IMG/VR virus record: IMGVR_UViG_3300017767_000016
Coordinates: 1 to 52,610 of that record
Direction: 5' to 3' (one strand)
DNA: 52,610 bases
DNA from: a virus
Taxonomy: Duplodnaviria > Caudoviricetes
The stretch's first letter is position 1; every line of letters starts with the position of its first letter. The translations under genes and the position numbers were made by a program. Positions 7,262 to 17,061 of this stretch are shown piece by piece. The notes beneath the pieces are model-generated. The model ran no database searches, was not told the DNA's origin, and saw only the letters and a program-made list of their open reading frames with translations.

Positions 7262-10200
7262 TTATCTTTTAACTTGTTTTCTTTCTACTTGTTTTCTTTT
7301 TGTTTGTTTTCTTTTATTTGATTTAGGTTTTTTAGCTTGGGATTCTATTAATCCAACATCCCATTTGCTATACCCTAATGCAAGTGATATTGCTTGCCAA
7401 GTTTCAACATCTTGACGCACAGGTGTAGAAAGGTTATCTAATTTACGTATTACGCGATCTGCAGGTAAATTAGTAGTTGCCGCTATAATTTGCCCAACTG
7501 CTTCAAAAGCAGGATTGTCCAAGCTCACACCTTCAGTTCTCATTTTTTCTCGTGACTGACGATACGTAAATGATCTACCGGCTGAAGCTAGCTTGCTTAT
7601 TTTAGAATCAATTGGAGGTGATAAACTTAAAGCCTCTAAAGCAACCTTCTCATAATTTGGTCTACCACTTTTGTATTGCCTTATTACTTCAAGAACCATA
7701 TTTTTGCCTGTAGCAACAGCAGCACCTGCAAATCCAATACCACGTAGAAGAGAATCAGCAGTGCTATTAGCAATCCTATAATATCTTTTTTCAGTTTCTT
7801 CGTCTTCTTCATCGGTAAACATTAAAGCAAACATTGCAGATTGCAAACTAGAAAATATAATGTTTTGAACAACACTATAATACATTAATTTACTAAGGTT
7901 TGTTTTCCAATCACCTCTACGATTAGCTAAGTCTAAGACAGCTTTTTTACTTAAGCGAGCGTATTGCATAGGGGTATTAGCAAAAGCTAATATAACGCGC
8001 CCTAAACCGCTTGCTTGCTGCATTGAAATACGGTCTGGTCTTGATGATTGCTGTGTTTCTTCAGCAACTTCCTGAAAATCTAAAAACGCTTTATCAGCTG
8101 CCTCTTGTTCTGTCATACCCTCTTTTATGTATCGCTTTAATCTGTTGCGATAAAACGAAGCACCACCCATAGCGATTGCATGAGAGTCAGCAAGCTGTGT
8201 TGGCAAGAATCCTTTCTTAAGTATCGATGCTATTACAGACCTAACAGGATTTGTACCCGATTCTGCTGCCTTAGCAATTTCGTCTGCATTTACATCTGTT
8301 TTTAATCCTGATCGTCTTTGCTTAAGAAAATCAGAGTTGAATAAGAACGTATAGTCTTTCCAAAACTGTGGTTGATTTACAAATGCTGCGCCCGCAGACA
8401 ACGGATTATTATCGCTAAAGTTTATAAAGTTAACCATTGATAGCTGCTGCAATAATGCTGATCTTGAGTTAAAGAACATAATAGCGCCAACAGAATCATT
8501 AACCCAGTTTATTAAAGAATTTGTAAGTTTATTTGCTCCAGCTGGTCTTCTTCTACCAGTCTCCATTCTGTAAAGAATATCCTCCAATGCTTCGGTATAG
8601 CTTTCCCCAAATGCAGCCTTTAACTTATTCATTGTTTTGTCGGTAAAGAAAGCGTCTTTAGCTGCTTGCCACGGTTTTAAGTACTCAGATCTTTCAGTTT
8701 TGTTCACATACGTTAAAAGATCAGTAGTCATTGAACCGGCATCCCAACCATTATCGGGCTCAGGGTAGCCCATAATAGATATACCTTGTACGTTTTGAGC
8801 AAACGCCAATAAATCTTCATTACCTTTAACAAGTTTTACGTGAGGTGCAATATCTTTCTTTTGCATACCAGGGACAGTATAACCTAAGCTATTCCATATA
8901 TATATTCTTACTGAATCCTCGTTTGTAAATCCTGTTTCGTTTTTCCTTGAAAGACGGGTAGGCGTTCTGCGTATTAACTTTTTAAGTTCTCTAAAGTCTG
9001 CCAGGCGCTTTTGCTTCGCTGAATCAAATTTTCTTATCGCCTTACCGAATGGGTCAAATAAGTTTTCTTTTAAAAACTTTAAATCGTTATTACCCTGCTT
9101 GCCTTTGCCAACCATATAGTACATAAGACCCGCAAAATCATCAGCTGAAGGTGGTATAAAAAATCTAAATCTACCTTTATTTTTACCAAGCATTGTAGCA
9201 ACCTTGTCAGATATTTGTTCGCGTGTGCCAAACCCAGTTGCTCGTGCAATCACTCTGTTAAATTCAGGAGCAGCTTTTGAACTAAGCTTTTCTGTTATTT
9301 CTTTTGGATTTAATGGTGTTAATCTTTCTTTTATACCGGTTTCATCATATCTAGATTGCTCGCTACCTACTTGTTTATATCCTAATTTAGTTAGTTCATT
9401 ATCTGTTTGTTTTGAAACTAATGCTACTTTGCTGTTTTCTAAATTTTTGAAAAGCAATTCTCTACTCACTAGCTTATCACTAATTAAGTATGACATGCTC
9501 ATACGTGCTAGCAATGAGGATGGGGTCATGTGCTCATATACTAAATTGTCAAAGTTACCTTTTTCAATGTAAGAAACATTACCCAATAATTTTAGGGCTG
9601 TCCGCATGTCCCCGGTTTCTAGCTGAAGATATGTTCTTGCCATATCAATATCGCCTATACTTTTAAAATAATCAATTCTAGACTTAAAATAATCTAGCGC
9701 TTTTTTAGATTGAATATCAAACTCTGGCTTAAACTCCTCAACACCCATTCTAAATTTTTTATTAGTAGGATCTTTTAAAGCAGTAATTTGCCCTTCGCCA
9801 ATATATATTCTGCCATTTTTTATTTTAAATACACCTTCAAATTCTGGAAACTTTTCAATTATTTTGCTATACACATTATCCCAAGCCTGTTTGTTTGTTG
9901 TAAAATACATAGAGCCTTGTCTTATGTTTCTACCTTCAAATCTTACAAAGTCTATAAATCTATCAAACATTTGGTCTTTTGGAGCATTGGTAATGTAATC
10001 TAAAGCAAAATTAATTTGTTCTTTGGCATAGGCCTGGCCGCTGGTTGTTAATTTTCCTTTTTTATTTATTAACCTTAATGTTAATCCCCCAGAAACAGTA
10101 GCAATACCGTCTATTACAGAAATTAAATTAAACTGATTATCGTTTATATATTCTATTTGAGTTTGTCCATATTGCTTTGTCCTGTTAGGAGGAAACTCAC

Positions 10201-13200
10201 TTTTTAATTTATCAATTATACCTGTCACGTAGTTTTCAGGTACATTTAATTTATTAGCAATACTTAAAGAGCTTTCGCCTTCCTGTATTAAATTAACAAG
10301 CTTTTCAGTTGGTACCTCTTTAATTTTTATACCTTTATTAGTTATTGAAAACTTTTGCCGTAAATCTCTATTTACTTTTAATGCTATTTTAGCCGCTTCC
10401 TGCTCTGTATAAGGCTTTGCTTGAATTACCCCAGGTGTTGCATCATACGCTGTTTGCAATCCTATATTAGCACCTAACTCTGATTTTCTGGCTGCTAGCG
10501 TGGAAGGGGAAACAGTGTAGCCAAGGATATCTGACATTGACTGATCGCCTACAGGCCCAGTAAAGAACGCTTGTATTTGTGCATCAGTAGGATTTAATAC
10601 CTGATAAAGTTCAGGACCATCAGCGTCATTTTCTGTATATACTCTGCCAAGAGCGGTGTACTTATCTATTTCTGCTTGCGTAGTTAATCTTTTAACATAC
10701 TTAGTAAAAATCTTTTGCGTATCTGGTAATAACCTTTCAATTTGTACCCAATAAGAAATAGGCAAGCCTTCTAATAAGTTTTGTTTGTTTTCTATAACAA
10801 AATCTGCTAATTTCTTTTTATTACCTAATGCTTTTTTAACAATAGGCATAAGCTTTTTCTTGTATGAGTCAGTAACAAACTTTCTAAAATCACGGCTATC
10901 TATAGGTGGCAAATCGCCTTCAAAAGTTTCATAAGCTGCTGTTCTAATTTCTTGCGCAAGCTCAGGTGTAATAAACGGTTGACCACCAACAGTAAGCGTA
11001 GACCTTAGCTGTGATTCAAAAGTTTGCTGCTCTTCTGTTAAACTCCTGTCTACAATTTCTTCTATCTGCGCAGACTCTGTGTCTACTGCCTCAAAACTTC
11101 TACCCTCTGTTTCAATGTCTGTAGATACGGTCCTGACTTGCTGAGCATATTTCTTTTTGACATCACGAAGTGCAAAATCAACTATAGGTTTTGACCCAAA
11201 CAAATAACCAAATAAACTTTCGTTTTTAGCTGGGTCAAAGTTCTTTAAAAATCTTTCAGTTATAACTTCTCTAACGTTACTTATAACTTCACTTTTTATA
11301 TTTTCGTCAAGCGAGCCTATATTTTTGTCGGCATTAACAAGGCCTCTTACATATTTACCTATAGCGTCGCCTTCCGCAACTTCATTATATGCATCAAAAT
11401 AATCTTCAGATTTTTTAAAAGCTTCTAGGGTTTTATATTTTGTTTTGCCATCTGGTGTTTGTACAAACTTATCAAATATACCTTTAAGATCTTTTTTATC
11501 AGGTGATACGCTCCTGCTAAACTTAGGTTTTAATCCGCCTTTGTCAAGTAAGTCTTTGATTAGCTCTAGCTTTTGGTCCGCGGATAATGCTTCATATGTA
11601 CTAAACTGACCAGATTTTACTTTATCTTCATTTGCAACATTTGGAAACATCGAGTTTGCCGCGACTTGTACAAAGTCGTATTGATCAAACGGAGATAAAT
11701 CACTTGCAAATATAGGCTTAGGGTCTTTGAATATTTTACTTGCTTTATTTGTAAACTCTTTAAACTGCGGCGATTTACTTTCTGGTGATACAATTAATTT
11801 TCCTTTTGCACCTTCTTTTGCTAATTTTTTAATACCTTCTCCCCATTTACCGGTTTGAAAACTTTTATTGTAGTTTTGGATAAATTTTATAACATCTTTG
11901 CCTTCGTCAAAAGTTATATCTTCAGTAACATTTTTACCAAATAATTTTTCAAAAAATTCTTTTATTTTTTGTATAAAAGATTTATTAGGCGTTTTAAATG
12001 CGCCATTAGCAAGCCCTTCGGCATAAAGAGTTAAACTTTCTTCCCATGCGTTCCCCTGTTGTTGCTCTGTTGTGGCTTCCTGTAAATAACTTGATAATCT
12101 ATCAAAATAATCAGAACTTACAATTTTATCTAAGCCTTCTTGTTTTATAAGTTCATCATGCAAAGCTTTTCCTAAATTAGTCTGCGCTTCAGGGTTATTT
12201 TTAATGGTTTGGTATAATACGGCATGTAAAAATTCGTGATCAGCTGTTGTTACAACTTTATCTTTAAGTTTTTGTTCTTTATTTATAAGTATTTCTTGTT
12301 CATTAGTATTAGGGTTTTGATATATTACCCCATATTTTCCATCAAACTTTTTTGTTCCTTTTGTTTTTGCTACGTAATCCTCAAGCTCGGATTGCTTATC
12401 AAAAGATCTTATTTTTAAATCCGGAATAACACCCTGCTCTTGTGCTTTTTTAAGCATTTCTTCTCTTTCAGCAATGCTTTGTCCAGCTTTATCTAGGTCT
12501 ATTGAATTTTTTATTTTAACTATACCGTTTGAAATTGCTTTATTTTGATTAGCAATAATTCCTTTAGCAAGCCCATACTGTTGCCCAGTTATTTTTTTAT
12601 CATTATAAGATTTTTCTAAATCTTTTAGCTTAGTTTGATTTTCTTCTTTTTGTTTTATGAAATTATCAAGCTCATTCCTTTGCTCTTTTGAAAGACTAGA
12701 TGTTTTTATATATGCGTCTTCAAGAAATGTTTTTAAAGATTTTTCAACATTTTGTATTTGTAAATCAATTGCGCTTCTATATGATTTATCTTTATTTAAA
12801 GATCTTTGTTTTTGCAAGGTGCCTATAGCGTCAATATGGTCCATAACTGTTTTCATGGACCCTTCATCACTTCTCAACGCTTTAGCTACACTAGATGGGC
12901 CAGCAATAACACCTGAGCCTATAAATCCACCTAAATAGCTTTCTAAGCCATCGGCGCTTGCCATCGCACTAAAGCCGTCAGCAATAGCATTATTTAAAGA
13001 TTTACCTTCAGCTAAACTAGTGTTTACTACTTCTAATCCAGTTTGAGTTACCTCTGTTATTCCTTCTTTATTTTGTGTACCTAGCAAAGAAACTAAAGGC
13101 TTAAGCCCGCCCGCTCTAGCTGCAATTTGCTTAGTAATTCCTTTAAAACCTACATATTCTAAACCACTTGCTAACGTGCCAAGAGCCAATGGAACCGCCA

Positions 13201-14062
13201 TTTCAGTTTGGTTATTTTCTACCAACTTTTTAATAGCATCAGGGTCATCGCCATATAATCTTTCGGCTTTTTGCACGTTGTAATCTATGTACATTGGCGC
13301 CGTGATTTGAGGCCCTAATGAAGCGCCTCTTGTTAAAACGGCGGGCACCATAGTAGTAACTAAACTACCAACTACATTTGTTATGCCATTAAATAGCTCA
13401 GGCCCTGAAGTAAACTTAACATTAAAAGGGTCTGTTATATCAAATTCTTCAACAATTTTACCCGCTCTTAAACGCTGAGATACTAGATTTTCAACTTCTT
13501 TATATTTGTCTACAATATATTTTTCAGCTTCTTTTCCTAACTCTGCAACATTTATAATATCACCCTTTTTGTATTTTTTATCTTTTCCAATTAAAAAATC
13601 TGCAGCATCTCCACCAGCTACGTCTTTAATGTAATCTACAGCAGCTCCCTTAACGCCTTCCCATGCCTCTTGCAAACCTAATGGAATATTTAAAGCAGGG
13701 TTAATGACCCCTCCTGCATATGTAAAAGGCTCTTCTGGTCTTTCTCTTTCGCTTTTAGCTAATTCACCTATATAATCCGAAAGCATATCATATTGGTCAG
13801 AAGATAGCTTTTGTGATTCAGTTTGTTTTGTTGGTTCTGGAGCTAAATCCAATAAAATATTTTCCGAATCTAAATCCATATTCGGTTGATCGGGCACTGC
13901 AGTTTCCTCCACAACCGCACCCGGAGTTGTGGGAGTTGTCTTTCCCGGCTCAATAGTTTTTAAGCCTGCTTTTTTAATATATTCCTCTAAAGAAAGATTT
14001 GAGCTTGCGGCCGCCTGTTCGACATCCTGCAAAGAATATTCTTTTCCGTTTAATTCAAACAT
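7262..14062 (-). CDS. giant internal virion/ejection polyprotein (2266 aa) with a zincin HExxH motif, a sigma region-2-like segment and an HTH
   Basis: Last of three internal-virion-type genes after the tail genes; HEFLH at aa 609; FDPAKNESLFGYL at aa 942; EGESSLSIANKLNVPENYV at aa 1261. Confidence 0.7.
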   Translation of the reverse strand: MFELNGKEYSLQDVEQAAASSNLSLEEYIKKAGLKTIEPGKTTPTTPGAVVEETAVPDQPNMDLDSENILLDLAPEPTKQTESQKLSSDQYDMLSDYIGELAKSERERPEEPFTYAGGVINPALNIPLGLQEAWEGVKGAAVDYIKDVAGGDAADFLIGKDKKYKKGDIINVAELGKEAEKYIVDKYKEVENLVSQRLRAGKIVEEFDITDPFNVKFTSGPELFNGITNVVGSLVTTMVPAVLTRGASLGPQITAPMYIDYNVQKAERLYGDDPDAIKKLVENNQTEMAVPLALGTLASGLEYVGFKGITKQIAARAGGLKPLVSLLGTQNKEGITEVTQTGLEVVNTSLAEGKSLNNAIADGFSAMASADGLESYLGGFIGSGVIAGPSSVAKALRSDEGSMKTVMDHIDAIGTLQKQRSLNKDKSYRSAIDLQIQNVEKSLKTFLEDAYIKTSSLSKEQRNELDNFIKQKEENQTKLKDLEKSYNDKKITGQQYGLAKGIIANQNKAISNGIVKIKNSIDLDKAGQSIAEREEMLKKAQEQGVIPDLKIRSFDKQSELEDYVAKTKGTKKFDGKYGVIYQNPNTNEQEILINKEQKLKDKVVTTADHEFLHAVLYQTIKNNPEAQTNLGKALHDELIKQEGLDKIVSSDYFDRLSSYLQEATTEQQQGNAWEESLTLYAEGLANGAFKTPNKSFIQKIKEFFEKLFGKNVTEDITFDEGKDVIKFIQNYNKSFQTGKWGEGIKKLAKEGAKGKLIVSPESKSPQFKEFTNKASKIFKDPKPIFASDLSPFDQYDFVQVAANSMFPNVANEDKVKSGQFSTYEALSADQKLELIKDLLDKGGLKPKFSRSVSPDKKDLKGIFDKFVQTPDGKTKYKTLEAFKKSEDYFDAYNEVAEGDAIGKYVRGLVNADKNIGSLDENIKSEVISNVREVITERFLKNFDPAKNESLFGYLFGSKPIVDFALRDVKKKYAQQVRTVSTDIETEGRSFEAVDTESAQIEEIVDRSLTEEQQTFESQLRSTLTVGGQPFITPELAQEIRTAAYETFEGDLPPIDSRDFRKFVTDSYKKKLMPIVKKALGNKKKLADFVIENKQNLLEGLPISYWVQIERLLPDTQKIFTKYVKRLTTQAEIDKYTALGRVYTENDADGPELYQVLNPTDAQIQAFFTGPVGDQSMSDILGYTVSPSTLAARKSELGANIGLQTAYDATPGVIQAKPYTEQEAAKIALKVNRDLRQKFSITNKGIKIKEVPTEKLVNLIQEGESSLSIANKLNVPENYVTGIIDKLKSEFPPNRTKQYGQTQIEYINDNQFNLISVIDGIATVSGGLTLRLINKKGKLTTSGQAYAKEQINFALDYITNAPKDQMFDRFIDFVRFEGRNIRQGSMYFTTNKQAWDNVYSKIIEKFPEFEGVFKIKNGRIYIGEGQITALKDPTNKKFRMGVEEFKPEFDIQSKKALDYFKSRIDYFKSIGDIDMARTYLQLETGDMRTALKLLGNVSYIEKGNFDNLVYEHMTPSSLLARMSMSYLISDKLVSRELLFKNLENSKVALVSKQTDNELTKLGYKQVGSEQSRYDETGIKERLTPLNPKEITEKLSSKAAPEFNRVIARATGFGTREQISDKVATMLGKNKGRFRFFIPPSADDFAGLMYYMVGKGKQGNNDLKFLKENLFDPFGKAIRKFDSAKQKRLADFRELKKLIRRTPTRLSRKNETGFTNEDSVRIYIWNSLGYTVPGMQKKDIAPHVKLVKGNEDLLAFAQNVQGISIMGYPEPDNGWDAGSMTTDLLTYVNKTERSEYLKPWQAAKDAFFTDKTMNKLKAAFGESYTEALEDILYRMETGRRRPAGANKLTNSLINWVNDSVGAIMFFNSRSALLQQLSMVNFINFSDNNPLSAGAAFVNQPQFWKDYTFLFNSDFLKQRRSGLKTDVNADEIAKAAESGTNPVRSVIASILKKGFLPTQLADSHAIAMGGASFYRNRLKRYIKEGMTEQEAADKAFLDFQEVAEETQQSSRPDRISMQQASGLGRVILAFANTPMQYARLSKKAVLDLANRRGDWKTNLSKLMYYSVVQNIIFSSLQSAMFALMFTDEEDEETEKRYYRIANSTADSLLRGIGFAGAAVATGKNMVLEVIRQYKSGRPNYEKVALEALSLSPPIDSKISKLASAGRSFTYRQSREKMRTEGVSLDNPAFEAVGQIIAATTNLPADRVIRKLDNLSTPVRQDVETWQAISLALGYSKWDVGLIESQAKKPKSNKRKQTKRKQVERKQVKR

Positions 14063-14067
14063 AATTA

Positions 14068-15420
14068 TTAATTAAATATTGGTAGATCGTTGCTAAAAGA
14101 TTGATCAAGTAGCTGTCTGATTTTTTGCATAGCTAAATCTTTTGTTGGGCTGCTGCTGTATCTGCTATCTACAATGCCTTTAAATAAATTTTCCTGCTGA
14201 TTTCTATTGCTTAAATCAAAAGGAAAATCTTCTTTATTGCCTTGACCCGTGGCTAAAGTTAATGTTAACACAGGCTTGGTTTTGCCGCTTCCTAATCCGC
14301 CAAATGGTTGGTCTTCTATTCTGGCATTTAAAACATTTTTGCCATTAAACTTTGAATTTTTAAAATATTTTATATAGTCTTCCGCGGTTTTTAAATCAGT
14401 AATATTTGTTAATAAGCTGTTTAAATCTCGCATAGCCGCTATATCTTTATTGTCGGCGGGGGTTTGCTGACTAGTGGTGTATTGTTTATAGAAGCCATCG
14501 TGCTCTGTAGATAACCCTTTAACAAGCTGATCAGCAATTAATTCTCTAGCCTCATTTAAATTGTTTTCTTCAATAGCCTTTAGTATTTCAGGAGTTTGAA
14601 GACCTGCGGCTGTAGTAAATCTAGGGTCATCATCATAAACAAGAGAAAGAACTCTTTCTTTGCCTCCTTGAGCTAGCGCAGTTTGTATTCTTCTTGCGTA
14701 TAAGTTTTGCTTTGAATCAAATGTTTTTCCTTTTAAAGCATCATTTTCAACCATAATAGCAACTTTATCAATTTCATTTTGAACTTGATAATCTGGTGAA
14801 TAAAAATTACTAATTTCTCCAGCTGAATAATTTACTGTTTTGCCGTCTACGGTGTTAAATAAAAGCTGACCGTTTTGAATATTTAATTTAGCAAGTCTCC
14901 CGCCGCTACCAAATATAGAAGACGCATTTCTGTAGTTGTCTTGCTCACCTATAGTATATCCTCTTGAAAGTCCACCTTGATCTACTGCCGTAATATACTC
15001 TTTAGTGTCATTTTGAAAATTATTTAACTCACCGTTTAACGTTTCAAAGCTATTTCGTATTGATTGCATTTCATTGAGAGTAGCCATATAAGCCTCATCG
15101 GAAGATGACATATTAGCTAATTCTCTAGCTTTTTCAGCGTACGATTGTTTTTGCTCTACTAAATAATTATTAACATCATCCCTCATCCAACCAGGAATTT
15201 TATTTATTGCATTTACATTTGGTATTTGGCTAATATATTGCTTTGTTTCTCTATCAATTTTTTCAGCTTTTTGTTTTTGCTTTTCTAAATTTTGTTTTTG
15301 GTTTTCCAAATAATTAAGAAAAATTGAAGTATTTTTTTCAATTGCTTTTCCAATTATAGAGCTGGTTCCTGCACTTCCTCCGGATGCGGCTTTTCCTATT
15401 TTAAAAAAATCTGTTGCCAT
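14068..15420 (-). CDS. probable internal virion/ejection protein
   Basis: 450 aa, helical and Q/N/K-rich, Gly-rich N-terminus; syntenic position. Confidence 0.6.
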   Translation of the reverse strand: MATDFFKIGKAASGGSAGTSSIIGKAIEKNTSIFLNYLENQKQNLEKQKQKAEKIDRETKQYISQIPNVNAINKIPGWMRDDVNNYLVEQKQSYAEKARELANMSSSDEAYMATLNEMQSIRNSFETLNGELNNFQNDTKEYITAVDQGGLSRGYTIGEQDNYRNASSIFGSGGRLAKLNIQNGQLLFNTVDGKTVNYSAGEISNFYSPDYQVQNEIDKVAIMVENDALKGKTFDSKQNLYARRIQTALAQGGKERVLSLVYDDDPRFTTAAGLQTPEILKAIEENNLNEARELIADQLVKGLSTEHDGFYKQYTTSQQTPADNKDIAAMRDLNSLLTNITDLKTAEDYIKYFKNSKFNGKNVLNARIEDQPFGGLGSGKTKPVLTLTLATGQGNKEDFPFDLSNRNQQENLFKGIVDSRYSSSPTKDLAMQKIRQLLDQSFSNDLPIFN

Positions 15421-15585
15421 TTTATTGTGATGTTGTACGTGTTGTTAATCCGCCAATTTGCGGGAGTGTTGAAATTTTTAATGGTTGTGTTGTAACATTT
15501 GCGTAAGGGTTGAGGACAGACTGTGTGCTTGGTGTGCTTTTTTCTAATCTTGACATTTGAGGTGGACTTACACTAGGAGTTGCCT

Positions 15586-16206
15586 CTACCCCCCCGGTGT
15601 CGGTTTAGCTCCCATAGCTAGTATTTGACCTGCGCCGGTAACCCCTCCTATCGCCGTGCTTAAAGCTTCTTGCCGTGCTTGATCAGCTCCTTGTTTTCTT
15701 CCCGCTGCCATTTGAAGCAGGTTACCTGTTTTTTGCATTTCTAGCTCTTGAGATCTTGCGTCACCAGAAGCAATTAACTGTTGGCGCTGTTGTTCTCCTT
15801 GAGCTGTAAGCATTTGATTTCTTTGTTCTTGCTGACCTATACTAGCTGATGCGGCTTGCGATGCCTGCGTTTGTTGATTGGCCAATGCCTGAGCCAATGA
15901 AGCTACTCCACTGCCTCCGGCGGATGAGGACATTGAACCTAATATATTTGCTGTGGACTGCTGATTTTGTTGAGCCGCAAACTGTGCTGCTTGTGTATTT
16001 ACAGTTAAATCTTCAAATGTATTTGATAAATTAGCATATGGATTAGAAGTATCTAAATTATTATAGCGAGCCTTCATAGCATCAAATTCAGCTGCTGCTG
16101 CCTTTTGCTCCGCTCTTCTTTTACCTCCACCGATCAACCCACCAGCAATTCCGCCGGCTGCTGATATACTTGCGCCTATAATAGCTGCTGTTGCTATTCC
16201 TGCCAT
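15586..16206 (-). CDS. probable ejection/pilot protein; may extend to 15422 through a -1 shift at a G7 run
   Basis: Gly/Ala-rich hydrophobic N-terminus and Gln/Ala-rich coiled coil, typical of podovirus pilot proteins. Confidence 0.65.
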   Translation of the reverse strand: MAGIATAAIIGASISAAGGIAGGLIGGGKRRAEQKAAAAEFDAMKARYNNLDTSNPYANLSNTFEDLTVNTQAAQFAAQQNQQSTANILGSMSSSAGGSGVASLAQALANQQTQASQAASASIGQQEQRNQMLTAQGEQQRQQLIASGDARSQELEMQKTGNLLQMAAGRKQGADQARQEALSTAIGGVTGAGQILAMGAKPTPGG

Positions 16207-16679
16207 AATTTTTCTTTTTTATTATATTCTTCTATGGTTATAGAATACAAAGATTCTTCAACCTCTTTCATGTCTTTAGTGTTAGTTGGGTTTTTATGTA
16301 CGTTTATAAATAAAGAATCTTCTAAAGACAATATTAATCGTTTTGCTCCTTTAATAGATTTTTCATAACATGGAGCTATATGTTCAACTTGTTCACCATT
16401 AGTTGTAACTAATATTCTACCATACATTAAAAACCAAAAATGTTCTGTATGATGATTAGCGCTAATAACAACACATTGCTCAGGCATATACATTTTTCGC
16501 ATATAAAGCTGATCAGCAAAATCATTTTCAATACGAAATACTTCGTTATTTACTAAATTTTTACCGTCACCATATATACCTTCAATATGGTTATTTTCTA
16601 TAAATACGTTTTGTAATGTTTCTAAATCAGAAAGTATTACGCTCTTTTCTTTATTTGATTTAACTAGATTTTTTGACAT
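16194..16679 (-). CDS. cupin-like protein
   Basis: FADQLYMRKMYMP...HHTEHFWFLMYGRILV...G.KR...FINVH. Confidence 0.6.
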   Translation of the reverse strand: MSKNLVKSNKEKSVILSDLETLQNVFIENNHIEGIYGDGKNLVNNEVFRIENDFADQLYMRKMYMPEQCVVISANHHTEHFWFLMYGRILVTTNGEQVEHIAPCYEKSIKGAKRLILSLEDSLFINVHKNPTNTKDMKEVEESLYSITIEEYNKKEKLWQE

Positions 16680-16700
16680 ATAATTATTATTACATGTTTC

Positions 16701-17045
16701 CTAGCTACTTAAAAAGACCTCACTGTTGACTGCAAATAATTCTTTTTTTGTTGTAGAAGTAACTTCCATATCAACTTCTGCAAAATAACCTATAATACCT
16801 GTAGTATTTATTTCTTTCTTTTTTGTAAAAAATATAAAATCACCATTGCCAGGTCTTTTAGCGTCATCTTCAATATCACAAGTTATTGTATTTTCTGATA
16901 TTGCTATACACGGCCCCACCTTATAAATTTTATTATCTTCGGAATCTTTAAAAAATACAATATCTGCGCCTGGATATCCATTAGTATTGTTTGCCTGCAA
17001 AGATACGTTTAGCGGATTTGTAAATGTTAATGTTACTGTTGCCAT
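16701..17045 (-). CDS. small virion structural protein (nozzle-associated?)
   Basis: ATG17045 (MATVTLTFTNPLNVSLQ) follows an AT-rich leader; C-terminal GYFAEV...KKELFAVNSEV. Confidence 0.65.
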   Translation of the reverse strand: MATVTLTFTNPLNVSLQANNTNGYPGADIVFFKDSEDNKIYKVGPCIAISENTITCDIEDDAKRPGNGDFIFFTKKKEINTTGIIGYFAEVDMEVTSTTKKELFAVNSEVFLSS

Positions 17046-17061
17046 AATTTTAAATAAAAAT

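Noticed and set aside
7262-14062. Virion RNA polymerase like crAss-like phi14:2 gp66 or N4 vRNAP
   Set aside because: Size and position fit, but I found no DxDxD catalytic motif and no T7-type motifs by eye; a profile search would be needed to exclude it fully
15568-15588. TAG read-through or alternative genetic code
   Set aside because: Read-through adds only five more codons before a TAA, and all large genes are intact in the standard code
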